From: Laetmonice hystrix
Taxonomy: Eukaryota
NCBI GenBank assembly: GCA_965235115.1
Contig: OZ249436.1
Location: 20,152,001-20,216,000, forward strand
Direction: 5' to 3'
DNA: 64,000 nucleotides
The notes beneath the pieces are model-generated. The model worked only from the letters and a program-made list of their open reading frames with translations, was not told the DNA's origin and ran no database searches. Position 1 is the stretch's first letter. Each line of letters opens with the position of its first letter. Made by a program: the position numbers and the translations under genes. Of the stretch, positions 60,011 to 64,000 are shown piece by piece.

Positions 60011-63000
60011 CGTATCATTCTTTTCCATGGCTTTTACCCCGCCGAAAAGTATTTTTTATATTCAGTTTTATTGTAGCCTCTTTTTAAGTCCTATTTTTAT
60101 GTGTTTTTTTTTTATTATTTTCGGAAACCTATACTTCTCCTAGATTCTAGACGGTCCTCCAGTAAGATCGTTTTTTGTCATCATAGATTTGCATTTGTCA
60201 GAATTAGGCGATTATGTTTTGTGTGTATCACTCCGTAATGAAAGATTATGCATATTTCACGACTTTTTGGATGAGGGGCCACTTTTTCTCCCTACTTGAC
60301 GTGTTGGACCCTGCTAGCTTTACCTGCCAGATCCCCCTCTCTTATCCGCCCCTGCAGACATATTTGTCCGACCTAAGAATACCATGCAGTTACCAAATCC
60401 GGTGACAGCCGACTGAGGTTGTTTGCGAGTGAAGCACGTGGGACTTGCTGTAAATTTCGATATCGGATACGGTCGGACGTAGATCTATGCTACCACCTGG
60501 AGAAAAAAAAAACCCGGGATGGTGAGACGAAGGGGGCTGACCGCGTCTGCCAGCTTCGTGATAACATGTTCTAAATGGTAAACTCTAATCTGACTGTATT
60601 TCATGTGGACAAAGGAACTCGGTGTCGATTCCCAATCTATATGCTCTCATCCATATAAACTCGAAAATGGATACAGTTGACCTCCTAACGGAATAGAGAG
60701 CTGGGAATACGTAGGAAACATTTTATCTTCGCCGTATCCCTCACAAAACAACATACATGCATAAAACAGGAATAACAAGATTACAACAGAAATGCTTAGG
60801 TCTAATATTAAGTAATCAACCCCCTACAGCTAGATTGCATTCTGACATCAATGTAGGTTAGATAGGGGATCTATCCATGAAGCGTAATTCTCCAGGAATG
60901 TCTAGCCACAGACGTTTATCCGCCGAAGGGCAGAAGTGTGCTCTACCTAGTTATCAAACTCTTGGCCAGTGCGACTGCAGTATTCGACGCCTAGATTAAA
61001 ATCGTGATCAGGATTAAGCTGCCCCCCCCCCGGCCAACATTTCCCTCCGTCTAACTACGTCTCGCCATATTGCAAGACACGAGGGGCTTCACTCGTAGAA
61101 CCATTCGCCGGGCAAATCCAAAGTTATTTATCGACATCCCATGACCGGCCAGACGGTCCATTTGCAAGGCTTCTCGCTGGCCTTGTTTGACCTTGATCTT
61201 GTAGTCATGAAGGTGCTTCAAATTGCTTAAACTCCATCAGTGTGGGTTCTGCTTAGGTTTTGGTCGTCAATGGTAACAACTATTCTGTCTTGTTTCGGTG
61301 AATTCGTGAGTGAGTTGAAAAAGAAGTTTTTATGGTAGACAGAAAGACTCTATGCCCAGTTTGCAAGGGCAACAGGCATACGGTATAACCCAGGTCACTT
61401 TCAGAATGTCTGGAAAGAGAAAGAAATTGTAGAACACCCTCATGGAATCAAACCCCTTCCCCAAGTTTCTTCTAGGGGAGATAGAATCGGTTTAACCCAG
61501 TTCAGTTTCAGAATGTCTGGAAAGAGAAAATTGTATCGCACCCTATACTGGATTGGAATAGACCCCGGCCCCAAGATTATACTGTACCATTCGCATAGCG
61601 TGAGTGAACAGGGGGGGGGGGGTTAAGCCCTTTTAGAAAAAAATGACAAGGGAAATGGTACTGGTCAACCCCCCCCCCCCCCCCCGATGATTCTGCATGG
61701 GCACCCGACCACGTCCACACCACCCCTGACCCCATTTGTCGCCTCTGACGAACAACATGAGGTGAGTATCATTCTTACATCTAATCAGCTACCGCGTCAT
61801 GAATGCTTGGAAATACCCAGGATCCAGGAATCCTATAAACCCTAAGGATGTTTCTGCTGGATTTTCCAAAAGATTGGTTCTGACCGTTTTATTCATTTGC
61901 GACCAGTCCTATAATTACTGTCTAGACACCGCTTTAGAATCCCGCTGTCGGCCAACTACGCCCGAAGACCTAAATGAGTACGTTATGTTATTGAATTTAT
62001 GTCGAATCCAGTGATTGCGATGAGAAACTGAAGCATTATGATTGTAGGCCTGCTAAAAGAGATAATAGTGGTCAGGAGGGTGACATGGAACATGTTGAAA
62101 TCGATGCACAATGGGTTGATGACCTGCCTGCATGATATTGGTGGTATCGGCTGCACTTTTAGAACGGAACCTATTTAAATGTGACACCTCATGGTAGTAG
62201 TTAAAGCTAATCTTCGCGAGCCCAATCCAATTCTGCAGCATTGAGCCAAAGAGTTGCCATAATTAATTATGCGATGGAAGCGGCAGATAAAAATACGAGT
62301 TGTGAAGGTTTGTCAGTTACCTGCTGTACGGTTGTGGGTTCCGTGCATGGCTACTCCAACAGTAAAACTATGATCTGACGTCACTTTTTAAAACATAGCC
62401 TACATAATTTCTCTGCTTCCCACTTATACACAGCCTCATTAATAGTTATGATAACCTCATACATATGCCTACTAAGCAAATTTAAAGCAATCAAAGAGTA
62501 TCTCTCGTTTCAATGATTCGGTTTCGGTTCGTCGCCCAATGAATTTCATTGGCTGTTTAAGTCACTGCCAGGTCAACAATCTTTTCAACAATCAGTCATA
62601 TTTGAAGACGATCGCTTCATAGCGACAACAGGTAACAATAGAATGCTTAATTTCATTAGATTTTTCCATTTCTGTATAAATTATTGATTTATGTAGTTTA
62701 AGGCCTTATCTAACCTAACAGCCCATGTCTTCATTTTGGTGTCATTGAAATGAAAGATATTGGTTGATAGATTTAACTTCGTTTTTCAGCTTTCCAGAGA
62801 AACATTAGTTCAAGCTTAGGGCCTATTTCAGACAATACCCAAATGGGCGCAAGTTAGACATGTCTGAAGTCAACACGTATATGAGTGTACCTAGACATAC
62901 ATGTTGGTACCTGCATAGTGCACGTGAAAACCCTTGTAGCCGAAAATTTATTATCCCATCCCCCCTGAAGGGGATGGGATCTTGAAGTTGTATGGTTTCA

Positions 63001-63030
63001 TCTTCCCTATTATTATTATACATGTAGGGT

Positions 63031-63062
<32 letters not shown>
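63031..63062. repeat. (GTA)n microsatellite
   Basis: About 10 perfect GTA copies. Confidence 0.9.
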
Positions 63063-64000
63063 CGTTAACCCATGGTCGTATTTTGGTCATTTTTTAAGAT
63101 ATCTTAATGAAACTTGGTGGGGAGATAGGTACTGGGATTCTCTACTATGCAAATGAGTTATGACGTCATATGACGTAACGTCATGGAGTTATGACGTACT
63201 AATGGTTCCATATATAAAGGCCAATATTTCATTGAAAATGAAGATTTTTTTTAAACAACTCATACCATTGTTATTGGGACATGATCCCCTAAATTTTGTT
63301 TGGTCAATTTGACCTTTGACCTTTGACCTATATGACACTAAGGTCAAAATGTTGCAGTTACTTAAATCCCTACTAGTCCCACAAATTTTGAAGAAATTCC
63401 ATAAAACTGAACTCAAGCAAGGACATTAGTGGCCTCAGTACAGGAACGTTTTGAGATGAGCGATTTGACCTATATTAAGGGAGTCACGTGACCTCAAAGA
63501 TGAGTAAAATTGCAAGAAAGGAGTATTACTCAATTTACAAGCTAAAAAAGCCTGATATCATTCACCATTTGTAGGTACTACTCACAAAAGTACGATGGCC
63601 CAAAATTACAATTTGTGGTACAGACTACTAAAATGCTTTCTTCACGGGTAACAACTGAAAATAGAGTGAAGGTGATATCTTTCGGAATTTTACCATTGGG
63701 TTCAGGATTTGACCGATTTCCCACGAATTTGAAAAATCCAAGATGGCGGCCAAGTTGACCTAATTTCCGATTTCAGCACCATTGGATTGGGTAATAGGTC
63801 AACTGTCTCTGACTCCGAGATGGCTCCCCTAAATTCAGTAGTTTCTATGTTATGGGCCCTCAAAGTTGGCCCTTTTGGGTCATTTTCAACTAAAAATCAG
63901 TGATATCTCGAAAACGGTTAAAGATATCAATGTCTGGTTTTCACCATTAGGTTTAGGATGAAAACCTTGACCCATTTCCACCGAATTTGAAAAATCCAAG
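63063..64000. mobile_element. Probable non-autonomous interspersed repeat (class unresolved), truncated by window end
   Basis: Begins after a microsatellite; contains ATGAAACTTGGT, TGACCTTTGACC repeats, CCAAGATGGCGGCC, short palindromes (ATGACGTCAT), and an internal direct repeat ending GAATTTGAAAAATCCAAG at about 63741 and 64000. Confidence 0.5.

Noticed and set aside
1..64000. tRNA, rRNA or snRNA genes
   Set aside because: I recognised no cloverleaf with A/B boxes and no rRNA or snRNA sequence by eye; a covariance-model scan would be needed to exclude small RNAs.

Overview
Animal (invertebrate-looking) genomic DNA with GT-AG introns and no prokaryotic features. I assembled four spliced genes by hand, with splice phases consistent across all junctions. 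(1) The 5' part of RPRD2 (minus strand, 7 exons, 1290-6293), which continues beyond the left edge. (2) A FAM174 membrane protein (minus, 21572-36982, 14.8 kb intron, about 187 aa). (3) DNA polymerase kappa POLK (minus, 12 exons, 38142-47343, about 1079 aa), with three UBZ4-like fingers and a Cys-rich palm insertion. (4) An uncharacterised secreted GH36/raffinose-synthase-like (clan GH-D) glycoside hydrolase (plus, 16 exons, 48099-54778, about 778 aa). POLK and the hydrolase lie head-to-head around a cluster of CLEAR/M-box motifs, suggesting an undescribed TFEB/MITF-regulated lysosomal glycosidase sharing a promoter with a translesion polymerase. POLK intron 1 holds a 5'-truncated CR1/L2-group LINE with an uninterrupted RT ORF. 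The rest is introns and intergenic DNA with many MITEs (Tc1/mariner-, Harbinger- and hAT-like), minisatellites (34, 37 and 87 bp units), decayed retroelement fragments and a strongly enriched TAGGCCTA motif. All identifications come from motif recognition; no database searches were run.
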